Assembly: GCA_947085185.1 (NCBI GenBank)
Contig: CAMTVK010000007.1
Location: 64,001-128,000, forward strand
Length of the DNA stretch: 64,000 bases
From: Candidatus Fraserbacteria bacterium
GTDB lineage: Bacteria > Bipolaricaulota > Bipolaricaulia > RBG-16-55-9 > DRXL01
Direction of reading: 5' to 3'
The position numbers and the translations under genes were made by a program. The notes below the pieces were generated by a model. That model was not told the DNA's origin. It was given only the letters and a program-made list of their open reading frames with translations, and made no database searches. Positions 9,693 to 19,800 of this stretch are shown here, piece by piece. The first letter of the stretch is position 1, and the number at the start of each line of letters is the position of its first letter.

Positions 9693-10718
9693 TTACTGAT
9701 TCTCGCACTTGGCCAGGTTCGGCTGGATCTCTTTCGCGACGACGCGCACCGCTTCGAGAGCTTTGAGCATATCATAGCCCTCGGGGACGGGGACAAAATC
9801 GGTCGCGTCGAGCGCGTCCTTGGCGTATTTCTTGCCCTCTTCGGTCTTCATGATCTCGACGAACGCCCGTTTGATCGCCTCGCGCAGCTTGGCATCAAGG
9901 GCTTTGATGGCCACGACGCCATCGTTGGGGATGTCATCGCTATAGCCGATGACACGGACCTTGGTGCTGGGCTCGGGATCACCGGGTTTCCAGCCGAGCT
10001 CTTTTTTGGTCTGCTCGGTGTTGAGGCTCTCGCGCACATCCTCGAAGCCCGCGCCGACGTCCACATCTCTCTTATAGACAGCAATTGCTGAAGCCAAGTG
10101 ATTGGCCGCGCGGATCGTCTTGAAATTCTTGTAATCCCCCGGCAGAATCCCCAAGTCTTTGAGAGTCTTACACGGGAAGAGAAATCCTGATGTCGACGTA
10201 GAGCTGCCGCCGTAGCTGAACCGCACGGGAGCTCCAGACCTCACCAGACTCACTAAATCATCCTTGGGGTCCTGGTTGTCATCCTTGAGGGCTTTGAGGG
10301 GGCTATCTACGTGCACCATGAACTGGGAGCGGAACGTGAGCTTATCGCCGCGCTTGGTGACGCCAATGGGGATCGCTCCGTAGCTATCGATCACCTGAAC
10401 GATCTGAAACGGCCCCAACAACCCAATATGAATCTTTTCTGCACCGATGGCTTCGATGGTCGCGGTGTAGGACTCGGGGATGACGGCGCGCACGCGCTTC
10501 ACTTGCGAGAACCCGTTCTTCTGGACATAGTCGAGGACAAGCTTGGCCAACCCTTCGACTGGGGGCTGCAAGATCGTGGCCGCTCGCGACGGCACCATGC
10601 CCACGACGAGCTCTTCAGGGATCAGCCCCTGCTGCGACGCCCCAGGGAAGCTCACCCCAAAGCTCCCTACCAACACCCCGACCACCACCACCCCCGCCAG
10701 ACCGACAAGACGACGCAT
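9693..10718 (-). CDS. phnD: Phosphonate/phosphite ABC substrate-binding protein
   Basis: Signal peptide, SYTATIEA, STSTSGFLFP, DIPND motifs; first gene of phnDCE. Confidence 0.9.
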   Translation of the reverse strand: MRRLVGLAGVVVVGVLVGSFGVSFPGASQQGLIPEELVVGMVPSRAATILQPPVEGLAKLVLDYVQKNGFSQVKRVRAVIPESYTATIEAIGAEKIHIGLLGPFQIVQVIDSYGAIPIGVTKRGDKLTFRSQFMVHVDSPLKALKDDNQDPKDDLVSLVRSGAPVRFSYGGSSTSTSGFLFPCKTLKDLGILPGDYKNFKTIRAANHLASAIAVYKRDVDVGAGFEDVRESLNTEQTKKELGWKPGDPEPSTKVRVIGYSDDIPNDGVVAIKALDAKLREAIKRAFVEIMKTEEGKKYAKDALDATDFVPVPEGYDMLKALEAVRVVAKEIQPNLAKCENQ

Positions 10719-10753
10719 ACTCCCTACCTCCTCACGAAAGGATATTTATAGTT

Positions 10754-10820
10754 ATGCGCTTTTCTATATATCAAGCGCATTTTCACTATAATTATACCCG
10801 AGAGGGCGCGCTCCTGTCAA
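10754..10820 (-). promoter_or_regulatory. phnD promoter with operator-like inverted repeat
   Basis: Minus strand TTGACA-N18-TATAAT (10820-10791); ATGCGCT-tttCTATATATca-AGCGCAT at 10754-10780. Confidence 0.65.
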
Positions 10821-10932
10821 ATTGGGGGGGAAACGCCAAAATATCGCATAGAATCGGCGTTATTAGCTCGTATCTCTGCCATTGTAATGCCTATCATAGT
10901 CAGCGCCCTGGGGAGCTGATATACTCTGGCCC

Positions 10933-11589
10933 ATGAGGGCATCGACCGCAAAAACGCTCGTCTGTGTGCTCACCGCAATCTGTGTGCTTGGGTGGGGCCA
11001 GGCCGCCCAGAGCCAACCCAAGCGCTTTTTAGTCGTGATTGACGCTGGGCATGGCGGTTGGGACCCCGGCGCCGTGGGCTACTACGGCACCCAAGAGAAA
11101 GAGATCAATCTCAATATCGCTCGATTCATTCGGCTCTTGGGACTCTACGACGACGAGATCTCTATCGTTCTGACGCGCTCCGAAGATATTTATATTCCCC
11201 ATCGGGAGCGCACCGGGCTGGCCAACCGTCTGCGGGCCGATCTCTTTGTGAGTATTCATGCCAACGCCCACCCCACAAGCCCTGCCGCCAACGGCATCGA
11301 AGTCTTAGTCCACGACGATACGACTCTCCCCACCTACCCCCAGAGCCGTTCTCTCGCGTTGTTGTTCCAGCAGCGCCTCACGCGCGCTCTGGGCGTCACC
11401 GACCGAGGGATCAAACACCAACGGCTCTTTATCCGGTGGGCGCAGATGCCCGCCGTACTCATCGAGACGGGCTTTCTCACCAACCCCCAAGAAGAGCTCA
11501 AACTGCGCAGTCTTCTCTATCAGTGGACCGTCGCCCAAGTGATCTTCAACACGATTAAAGAGTATCTACGCACCACGAAGGCGCGCTAA
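10933..11589 (+). CDS. N-acetylmuramoyl-L-alanine amidase (Amidase_3)
   Basis: IDAGHGGWDPGA, EKEINL, FVSIHANA, PAVLIETGFLTN; signal peptide. Confidence 0.93.
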   Translation: MRASTAKTLVCVLTAICVLGWGQAAQSQPKRFLVVIDAGHGGWDPGAVGYYGTQEKEINLNIARFIRLLGLYDDEISIVLTRSEDIYIPHRERTGLANRLRADLFVSIHANAHPTSPAANGIEVLVHDDTTLPTYPQSRSLALLFQQRLTRALGVTDRGIKHQRLFIRWAQMPAVLIETGFLTNPQEELKLRSLLYQWTVAQVIFNTIKEYLRTTKAR

Positions 11590-12384
11590 GACTATACGCG
11601 CTATATTTGCTGCCACAAAGATCCCTAAAGCCACCAAGACGATCGTCGGCCCGGGCTGTGTGTCCAGATAGTATGAACTGACCAGCCCCCCATAGACGGA
11701 GAGCAGGCCACATCCAATCGCTGTGAAAAACGCTTGACGGAAGCTGCGCGCAACCTGCAACGCCGCCGCCACCGGCAAGACCAACAACGCTGAGATCAAC
11801 AACAGCCCAACGATCTGAATGGCCGAGACGACCGTGAGCGCCGCCAACACGACCAATAAAATATTATAAACCCCCACGCGAATCCCCGACGCACGCGCTG
11901 TCTCTTCATCAAACGTGATAAAGAAGAGCTCACGACGCACCAAGAAGAGCATCAGCAAGACCACGGCTGCAATCACGGCGATCTGCATCACATCGTTGAC
12001 CCGAAGGGTGATCACGCTGCCGAAGAGATAGCTCCATAATTGATCCGTAGAACGCCGCGCCACCCGAGCCAAGACCAATCCCAGCGCCAACCCCGACGAG
12101 AGAAAGATCGCGATGGCGACATCGCCACCCAAGCGCCCTTTCGCCCGCAATCGCTCCATCCCCAACGCAGCTACCACCGAACACCCCAACGCCATGAGCA
12201 TGGGGTCGGCCCTCACAAGCTGCCCAAACGCCACCCCGCCAAACGCGATGTGCCCCAAGCCGTCGCCGATCAGGCCGTAGCGCCGCAAGACCAAAAAGAG
12301 CCCGATCGTCGGGGCAAGCACCCCCATGATCGTCCCACCGATAAACGCCAGCCGCATGAACTCAAACGCAAAAATATCCAACAT
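11566..12384 (-). CDS. znuB: Zn/Mn ABC transporter permease
   Basis: IGDGLGHIAFGG, YLFGSV, VGLLLISALLVLP. Confidence 0.9.
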   Translation of the reverse strand: MLDIFAFEFMRLAFIGGTIMGVLAPTIGLFLVLRRYGLIGDGLGHIAFGGVAFGQLVRADPMLMALGCSVVAALGMERLRAKGRLGGDVAIAIFLSSGLALGLVLARVARRSTDQLWSYLFGSVITLRVNDVMQIAVIAAVVLLMLFLVRRELFFITFDEETARASGIRVGVYNILLVVLAALTVVSAIQIVGLLLISALLVLPVAAALQVARSFRQAFFTAIGCGLLSVYGGLVSSYYLDTQPGPTIVLVALGIFVAANIARIVLARLRGA

Positions 12385-12404
12385 CGTCCTCCCGGCTCGC
12401 TTGA

Positions 12405-12492
12405 GAATCACGGAAGGCACGGAATGGCCACGGAGTACACGGAAGAAGGTTTTCAGTGACTTCCGTGGGATCTCCAGTGCCTTCCGTGATTC
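12405..12492. repeat. Inverted array of CACGGA-containing 8-10 mers (REP-like element family A)
   Basis: gaatcacggaaggcacggaa...cacggagtacacggaa / ttccgtgg...gtgccttccgtgattc. Confidence 0.8.
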
Positions 12493-12496
12493 AAAC

Positions 12497-13231
12497 TCAT
12501 CCCCACGGATGCCGATGCCGCACGAGCTTGCGTCCCGTATAGACTCTCTCTAAAAGATCGCTCGCTAAGCACTCTTGCAGCGTCCCGCAAAAGAGCAGCC
12601 TTCTATTCAGACACGCGATCTTCGTCACCTCGGTGACGACCGCTTCAATGTCATGCGAGACCAAGACGATCGTCAAGCCCTGCTCCCGACTGAGCCTTCC
12701 CAAGAGCGCATAGAACTCCGCTTCGGCGTTGGGGTCCACAGAAGCTGTGGGCTCATCCAACAGCACGAGCTCTGGCTCTTGGGCCAGAACGCGAGCAAGA
12801 AAGACGCGCTGTTGCTGCCCCCCCGACAGCTCGCTGATGGGGCGAGCCCGCAGGTCTTCAAGGTGCACAGCGCGCAGGGCCCGCTCCACCGCAGCGCTGT
12901 CGGAGGCGCTCCATCGTCCCCAGCGCAAGCGCGGCACCCGCCCCATGCGCACGATCTCTTCTACTGATGCTGGGAAATTGCGCTCAAAGTCCCAGCTGCG
13001 CTGGCGCATGTAGCCGACCGAAGAGCGCTCGCACAAGACCCAAACCCTCCCACGCTGAGGCTCAAGCACCCCGGCGATGAGCTTGAGCAGCGTGGTCTTG
13101 CCTGAGCCGTTGGGCCCGATCACCCCGAGAATATCTCCCCGCTGGACGGTGAGGGAGACGTCCTCGAGCACCGGCTCTGCGCCATAGCTGAACCAGAGAT
13201 GTTCAATCGAGAGAATGGGCTTCATGAGCAC
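12497..13231 (-). CDS. znuC: Zn/Mn ABC transporter ATPase
   Basis: [31 protein letters not shown], His-containing tail. Confidence 0.9.
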   Translation of the reverse strand: MLMKPILSIEHLWFSYGAEPVLEDVSLTVQRGDILGVIGPNGSGKTTLLKLIAGVLEPQRGRVWVLCERSSVGYMRQRSWDFERNFPASVEEIVRMGRVPRLRWGRWSASDSAAVERALRAVHLEDLRARPISELSGGQQQRVFLARVLAQEPELVLLDEPTASVDPNAEAEFYALLGRLSREQGLTIVLVSHDIEAVVTEVTKIACLNRRLLFCGTLQECLASDLLERVYTGRKLVRHRHPWG

Positions 13232-14121
13232 TCCAGCCCGATCCGCAGATTTTTCAGATTCTCCTCCATGAGCGTCAGATAGTTCTTCCCGGCGCGCTCT
13301 TCTTCGTCGGTCAGGCCCTCGATAGGGTCGAGAGTCAAGATCTGCGCGCCGAGCTCTCGTGCCAAGACTTCCAGCGCTTTAGGTCTTTCGAGCTTCTCGG
13401 CAAAGAGATACTTGATCCCCAGACGCCTGCCCAATTCGATCAGTTCTCTGAGTCGTTGGGGCGTGGGCTCGCCCGGCTCCAGCCCCGACAGCGCGTGAGC
13501 CGTCAGACGATAGCGCGCGGCAAAGTACTCCAAAAACCGATGCGAGATGATCAGATCACGCAGCCGGCAGTTCGCCAACCCTTGCTCGATCTTTGCGTCG
13601 AGCGCGTCCAGTTTCTCTTGATAGCTTCGGGCGTTCGCCTCATAGACAGATCGACCGGCGCCATCGGCTTGGATGAGCCCATTCTTGATGTTCGTCACCA
13701 TCCCTTTGGCTAAGATGGGATCGAGCCAGACGTGCGGATCGAACGTAAATTCTTCTTCGTCTTCGGGGGCTTTCCGCAGCGGCAGCCCCTGCGTCGCTTC
13801 AATGACGACCAACTTGTCGCGATTTCTGACGGCTCCCAGAATCTCTTGGGCCAACTTGGTGTCCATATCGGCTCCGTTGTAGACGAAGACCTGGGCGGCT
13901 TCGACGGCTCGGATGTCCGCAGGCGTGGGCTCATAATCGTGCGAGTCCGCCCCGGGCGGCACCAAGACCTTCACCGAGACTCGATCGCCCCCGACTTGCG
14001 CAGTGAACTCATAGGGGATATAGAAGCTCGCGACCACATTGACCTTCTGCTGCGCAGCGAACCCCCAGGCTGCAATCGCGGTGAGCAGCCCCATCAACAG
14101 TACAGACTTTTTGAACGACAT
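13222..14121 (-). CDS. znuA: Zn ABC substrate-binding protein
   Basis: DSHDYEPTP, DPHVWLDP, SHRFLEYFA; signal peptide. Confidence 0.92.
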   Translation of the reverse strand: MSFKKSVLLMGLLTAIAAWGFAAQQKVNVVASFYIPYEFTAQVGGDRVSVKVLVPPGADSHDYEPTPADIRAVEAAQVFVYNGADMDTKLAQEILGAVRNRDKLVVIEATQGLPLRKAPEDEEEFTFDPHVWLDPILAKGMVTNIKNGLIQADGAGRSVYEANARSYQEKLDALDAKIEQGLANCRLRDLIISHRFLEYFAARYRLTAHALSGLEPGEPTPQRLRELIELGRRLGIKYLFAEKLERPKALEVLARELGAQILTLDPIEGLTDEEERAGKNYLTLMEENLKNLRIGLECS

Positions 14122-14137
14122 CTGCGTACCTCCTTAT

Positions 14138-14152
14138 TGAAAATTGTTTTCA
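14138..14152. promoter_or_regulatory. Fur-family (Zur) box upstream of znuA
   Basis: TGAAAAttgTTTTCA palindrome; near-identical copy upstream of zur. Confidence 0.7.
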
Positions 14153-14176
14153 TTTGGTGCGATATAAAAAATGCGC

Positions 14177-14599
14177 TCATCTCTTCTTGCAATCAGGGCA
14201 TAACCCCATCACCTCCACCCGATGTTGGCTGATTTGGAAGCCGGTCTCTGCAGAGATCTCTTGCAGGGGCAACGCGCAGTCAGCCAACTCTTCTACTCGT
14301 CCGCAGTCTTGACAGATCACCTGATGATGGTGGCCTTCACCGTTGGTCGAGTCCGTGCGGGCGAAACTATGACACCCGTCGTTCAGATGAACGCGCTGCA
14401 CCAGTCCAAGCTCGTGCAGGAGCGCCAGCGTCCGGTAGACCGTGACCAGCCCGATCTTTCTATAGCGTCGCCGCGCGCGACGGTAGAGCTCCTCTGGGGT
14501 CAGGTGGGCCCGGCTCGATGCTAACGCTTCCAACACGGCGCGACGGGGCTGGGTCACCCTGTAGCCCTTCGCCTGGAGCTGAGTTATGAGATCATCCAT
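14177..14599 (-). CDS. zur: Fur-family regulator, probably Zur
   Basis: GYRVTQPRRAVL, IGLVTVYRTL, HHHQVICQDCG, GLCPDC; heads znuACB. Confidence 0.88.
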   Translation of the reverse strand: MDDLITQLQAKGYRVTQPRRAVLEALASSRAHLTPEELYRRARRRYRKIGLVTVYRTLALLHELGLVQRVHLNDGCHSFARTDSTNGEGHHHQVICQDCGRVEELADCALPLQEISAETGFQISQHRVEVMGLCPDCKKR

Positions 14600-14616
14600 A
14601 AGCTCTCCCTTCTTAT

Positions 14617-14631
14617 TGAAAAGTATTTTCA
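14617..14631. promoter_or_regulatory. Fur-family (Zur) box upstream of zur (autoregulation)
   Basis: TGAAAAgtaTTTTCA palindrome. Confidence 0.7.
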
Positions 14632-14670
14632 GTTTCATTATACCCACCCCCATCCCCCTTGTCAAGGCAC

Positions 14671-14700
14671 TTGACGATCTATATAGCTATATATTACAAT
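14671..14700 (+). promoter_or_regulatory. Promoter of AbrB-PhoU gene with tandem CTATATAG/CTATATAT in the spacer
   Basis: TTGACG-atCTATATAGCTATATAT-TACAAT. Confidence 0.7.
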
Positions 14701-14716
14701 GCAGCAATCACGATAG

Positions 14717-15718
14717 ATGGGAGAAGCTATGGAGACCCGAAGAGTGCAGATCACCGGCGGCGCAACGTTCATGATCACGCTGCCTAAAGAGTGGGCAGAA
14801 GCGCAAAAACTCCATGCGGGCGCGGAGATCGAGCTCCACCCCCACGACCCCGATCTCTTGATCTTACGCCCGCATCGTGACTCCAAACCCACACGGGGGG
14901 TCTTGGCCCTCGACGCCAAGACGGGCGATGCCCTCATGCGCGCGTTCATCTCGATGTACGTCGCAGGCTTCGATATCATCGAGGTGCGCGGCGAGCGCAT
15001 CACCCCAGAACAACGCCAGACCATCAGAAAAGTCACACAAGCCCTCATCGGTCCGGAGATCATGGAAGAATCCCGAGATTCGATCATCATTCACAATCTG
15101 CTCAACCTCGCTGAGCTCTCTGCCCCCAAGACGCTCGAGCGCATCTTCCTGATGGTGCACGACATGTTCGCCGACGCGGTGCGCGCCGCGGCAGAGCACG
15201 ACGCCGAGCTGGCCCACGACATCGTGGCCCGCGATGAGGACGTGGACCGGCTCTATCTCATGCTCTATAGACAGTTTCGCATCGTCCTGCGCGATCTGTT
15301 GGCTGAGGAAGCCGCGGGGGTCAGTCGCCTCAAGCTCTTTGATATCCACACCGTGGCGCGCCAGCTCGAGCGTGTGGCCGATCATGCGGTCAAGATCGCC
15401 CATGTGACGACGTCTCTGGAGGAGGCGCCTCCCCTCAAAGTCGCCGAGGCCTTGCGCAAGGGCGGCGACCAGGTCAACACACTCTTGCGAGAGTCTGTAG
15501 AGGCGTTCCGCACGGCCACCCCCACCCTCGCCAGTCAAGTCATCGACACCGCTTTAGGGATGGAAGAACGCCTGAGAAAGGCCGTCAAACTCCTGTGGAA
15601 CTTGGACCCTCACGAAGCTCAGCTCATCGGGATCGCCTTCGACAGCATCGGGCGCGTCAAAGACTATTCGATCAACATAGCCGAAACGGCCCTCAACACA
15701 TCAGTCCCCATGCCCTAG
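14717..15718 (+). CDS. Archaeal-type phosphate uptake regulator (AbrB DNA-binding domain + PhoU repeats)
   Basis: METRRVQITGGATFMITLPKEW AbrB-like N-terminus; RDEDVDRLY and LERVADHAVKIA PhoU motifs. Confidence 0.9.
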   Translation: MGEAMETRRVQITGGATFMITLPKEWAEAQKLHAGAEIELHPHDPDLLILRPHRDSKPTRGVLALDAKTGDALMRAFISMYVAGFDIIEVRGERITPEQRQTIRKVTQALIGPEIMEESRDSIIIHNLLNLAELSAPKTLERIFLMVHDMFADAVRAAAEHDAELAHDIVARDEDVDRLYLMLYRQFRIVLRDLLAEEAAGVSRLKLFDIHTVARQLERVADHAVKIAHVTTSLEEAPPLKVAEALRKGGDQVNTLLRESVEAFRTATPTLASQVIDTALGMEERLRKAVKLLWNLDPHEAQLIGIAFDSIGRVKDYSINIAETALNTSVPMP

Positions 15719-16767
15719 AACGACTCCCACTCGATAGGCCCACTGAAGTCCGGCAGACTGTCAGCCGTCACAGGCACCGAAGCCCGATAGATCGTAGGAA
15801 TGGGCACCTCCGTCCCAACGCGATAGATATAGACCCGCGCTTGGTCATCGATCGTGTGTCGGAAGTACTCGACGATCAGTTTGAACTTCTGGAGGAGCAA
15901 GGGCTTGCGGCGCTGGCTGCGCGTGATCGCTTCGTTGATATAGAGCTGACTGTCGGCGATATACGCCGAATACGTCACGGCAAAGTCTTCGTATTGATTG
16001 GTCATGGCGTAGAGCGACCGATCGATGGGGTCGCGCGCGAAGTTATCGGGATCTCGTCCGGACTCTTGGAAGAGTTTCTCCCAGCGCTCTCCTTGATCTG
16101 TGGTCGAGCGGGTGAAGTGCACCAGGTGCCCAAGCTCATGAAACGCCACGAGGGTGAAGGTACGGCCGGCGCGCAGGCCGGGAAGCTCAATGAGACCAGG
16201 TGGGAAATACTGCCCATAGAGATAGATATTGGGTTCGCGGGCGCGGATCTCGCGCAGGCGCCTGAGATGGTCGCCAGGGAGCGAGCGCAAGACGCCATAG
16301 AGCTGCTGACAGTGCAGATCTTCGAGCTCCGTGCCGATCTCGTAGCTCACTTTCACTCTATACTGAGCAGAGATCTCTTTACAGAAGCGTCGAGGGTAAG
16401 TGAGCTCGAGGCGTCCTTCCACGGTTTGTTGGCCGAGATTCGTTACGATCAAGCGCCAGGGCCGGCCCACATCAGCTTCGGTGACTTGGGTCTTGGCGGT
16501 AGCTGAGCCCGTTTGGTCTACGACGGCTTTGTTGTCTAAAAAGAGCTGCACTCGGATGGTCATGGAATAGGGGTGCAGGGAGAGCTTCAGAGTAATCTCG
16601 CCCGTCGTAGTTGGGAGAAAATCGTACTCGAACTTCTCTTGGGATCTGAGGGAGAGCTCGCTGGAGCGCGCGGTGATCGTAGCGCTTGTGGGCAGGAGCG
16701 CGCCCCAGATCAAGAGCATAGCAAGCAAGAGCGTGGGAGCAAGTCGAGTCCGTGTCATAAGAGCCAT
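15715..16767 (-). CDS. Secreted putative zinc metallopeptidase
   Basis: Signal peptide, beta-rich N-domain, HELGH (HExxH) and YAMTNQYEDFA. Confidence 0.65.
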   Translation of the reverse strand: MALMTRTRLAPTLLLAMLLIWGALLPTSATITARSSELSLRSQEKFEYDFLPTTTGEITLKLSLHPYSMTIRVQLFLDNKAVVDQTGSATAKTQVTEADVGRPWRLIVTNLGQQTVEGRLELTYPRRFCKEISAQYRVKVSYEIGTELEDLHCQQLYGVLRSLPGDHLRRLREIRAREPNIYLYGQYFPPGLIELPGLRAGRTFTLVAFHELGHLVHFTRSTTDQGERWEKLFQESGRDPDNFARDPIDRSLYAMTNQYEDFAVTYSAYIADSQLYINEAITRSQRRKPLLLQKFKLIVEYFRHTIDDQARVYIYRVGTEVPIPTIYRASVPVTADSLPDFSGPIEWESF

Positions 16768-16896
16768 CTCCTTTCTCGTGAGGTTAGAGTTATCTTAGCA
16801 CAGAGTCTTCGGGAGTGCACGGGGAGAGGGTTCTCAGGGGAGCATGTTTGTGTTATAATGACGCAAGACGAGAAACAGACAAAGGAGCAACACACA

Positions 16897-19800
16897 GTGA
16901 CCCAGAAACTTCAAGCGAACCACATCATTGAATCGGATTTTTGGCCAGAACCGGTCCGGGTGCTGACGATAGAGCCCTTGGGCGATCGCATGAAAGTGGA
17001 GGCCGTGGGCACAAGGACCCAGCGGTTCTATTCGCGCCTCCTCAGTCAGACCGACCTCGCTCTTGTTCGCATTGTCTCAGACACGCAGCGCGATTTCTTA
17101 GGAGATGCTGAGGGCTTTTTTCTCGCCATAGAGGCGCACCGCATCCGCTTCGCCCACCAGTTCGATCCGCTCCTGGCCGTCAACATCTCCCAAGTGGATC
17201 CCTTGCCCCACCAGATCGAGGCAGTTTATCACTACATTCTCCGCACTCCGCAGATCCGGTTTCTGCTGGCGGATGACCCCGGTGCTGGCAAAACCATCAT
17301 GACTGGCCTTGTCCTCAAAGAGCTCAAGTATCGGGGACTCGTGCAGCGGACGCTTATCGTCGTCCCGGGGCATCTCAAGGACCAATGGCTCCGCGAAATG
17401 AAGGAGCGCTTTGGCGAGAGCTTCACGGTGATTGATCGTAGCACCATCCACGCTACTTGGGGACGCAATGTTTGGCAGGAGCATCCCCAAGTGATCACCT
17501 CTATGGACTTTGCCAAACAAGAAGATGTGCTGGCTACTTTGGCCGAGGTCCACTGGGACCTGGCGGTCGCGGACGAAGCCCACAAGATGGCAGCCTATCG
17601 ATACGGAGACAAGACCAGCAAGACCGAACGCTATCGACTCGGCGAATTGCTTTCCCGCACCAGCCAGTTTCTGCTCTTCCTTACGGCGACACCGCACCGC
17701 GGCGACCCAGAAAATTTCCGCCTCTTTCTGGAGCTGCTTGAGCCAGGGATGTTCGCCAATACAGAGCTGTTGCTCGAATCTGTGCAAAACCGGGAGAACC
17801 CTCTGTTCCTACGTCGGCTCAAGGAGGATTTGCGGGACTTTGAAAACCGCCCGCTCTTTCCGCCACGCAGGGTCTTCACCAAGCCCTATCGGCTGAGTGA
17901 TACCGAGAAGCGGCTCTACAATGCCGTCACGGAGTACGTGGAGACGTCCTATAACAAGGCCCTGGCGACCGGAAAGCGCAATGTGGCGTTCGCGCTGCTC
18001 ATCCTGCAGCGGCGCATGGCTTCCAGCGTGCGGGCAGTGCGCCGATCGCTCGAACGGCGCAAGGAGCGCCTCGAAAAGCTCCTCAAGCTCGGGCAGTGGC
18101 TGGCCCAAGGCGAGCGGATTGACGAGGACGAACTCGAAGATGCCCCCGAATCCGAGCGCCTCCGCCAAGAAGAAGAGCTCATCGAGCGTCTCACCTCCGC
18201 CGAAACGCGCGAGGAGCTTCAAGAAGAGATCCGCACGCTAGAGGAGCTGGTCCGCCTGGCCAACGAGGCCGAACGCCAGGAAGTGGAAACCAAGCTCACG
18301 GAGCTTCGCCGCGTCATGGAAGACGAGAAGATTCGTGCCACGGGAGAAAAACTTCTGATCTTCACCGAGTCGCGCGAGACGCTGGAGTACCTGTGCGAGA
18401 AACTCAGCGCCTGGGGCTATTCGGTCGTCCCCCTCCACGGCGGCATGAACCTGGATGCCCGCATTCGCGCCGAGCATGAGTTTCGTGAGAAAGCCCAAGT
18501 CATGGTCTCCACCGAAGCCGGTGGCGAGGGCATCAATCTCCAGTTCTGCGCCCTCATGGTGAACTACGACATTCCCTGGAACCCAAACCGCCTGGAGCAG
18601 CGCATGGGGCGCATCCATCGCTACGGTCAACACAAAGAAGTGCACATCTATAACCTGGTCGCTAGCGACACGCGCGAGGGAAGGGTACTGCATGAGCTCT
18701 TCCAAAAACTCCAAGAGATTCAAGCTGCCATGGGGTCCGACCGCGTCTTCGATGTGATCGGCGAGCTCGTGCCGGAACGCAGCCTGAAAGACCTCATCGT
18801 GGAAGCCATTGCCCATCGGCGGACATTGGACGAGATCGTCGCGGAGATCGCAGCCATCCCTAACGAAGAAGCCCTGCGCAAGGTGCGCGCCGCAGCACTC
18901 GAAGCCCTGGCCACCCGGCACATCGAGTTGCACCGGATTCTCGGGGAAGACCGGAAGGCGCGCGAGCAGCGCCTGGTGCCAGAGTATATTGAGCGCTTCT
19001 TTGAGCGAAGCTGCGCCTTCTTGAACATTCGTCTGGAGCGGCGCCGCGATGGCTTCTGGCGGGTGCCCCAGGTGCCGCTTGAGGTGCGCCATGTCTCCCG
19101 GGAGTTCAAGCACTGCTTTGGGGAACCGTTTCGGGAATACAACAAGCTCGCGTTCGACAAAGAAAAAGCCCGCCGCGGGGATGCTGTCTTTGTAGCCCCT
19201 GGACATCCCTTGTTAGAAGCGATCCTTGAGCGGGTGCTGGCGCAAGGCATCCCCGATGCAAGGCGCGGTGCCATCTTTGCCGACCCCGACGGAAAGCTCG
19301 ACGGCTGGCTGTGGTTCTTGGAGGGCGAGCTGCGCGACGGCACCAACCAGATCGCAGGAAGACGACTCTTCGTCCTCTTGCAACCGCGCCAGGGAGGCCT
19401 GCTCCGGCTGGTCAATAGCTCCATCCTCTGGGACCTCAAACCCTCGATCCCCTCTCAGAGCATAGAACCGTGCCCCCCCGAGGGCGAGATCATCGCTTAT
19501 GCAGCCGAGCATGTGTTGGAAGCTTATCGCCAGGAGCTCCTCGAGGAACGCCAGCGCCAGAACGAGATCAAGAGAAAATACGGTCTGCGCTCGCTGGAGC
19601 AGATGATCCTCGAGTCGGATGCTAAGCTGATCGAATACGAGACGCGCCGTGCCAAGGGCGAGCCGATCCCCGATGCGGAAATCCACAACGAGCAGCGCCG
19701 CAACGAGGAGCTCCGCGCTCGGAAGCACACACTGGAAGAAGAGATCCGCCGGTCCAGCAGCCTCTTACCCTCCGTCCCCAGGGTGCTTGGAGTCGCCCGT

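Noticed and set aside
16573..16896. N-terminal extension of the helicase ORF
   Set aside because: Overlaps the opposite-strand gene; TATAAT and AAGGAG support a start at 16897
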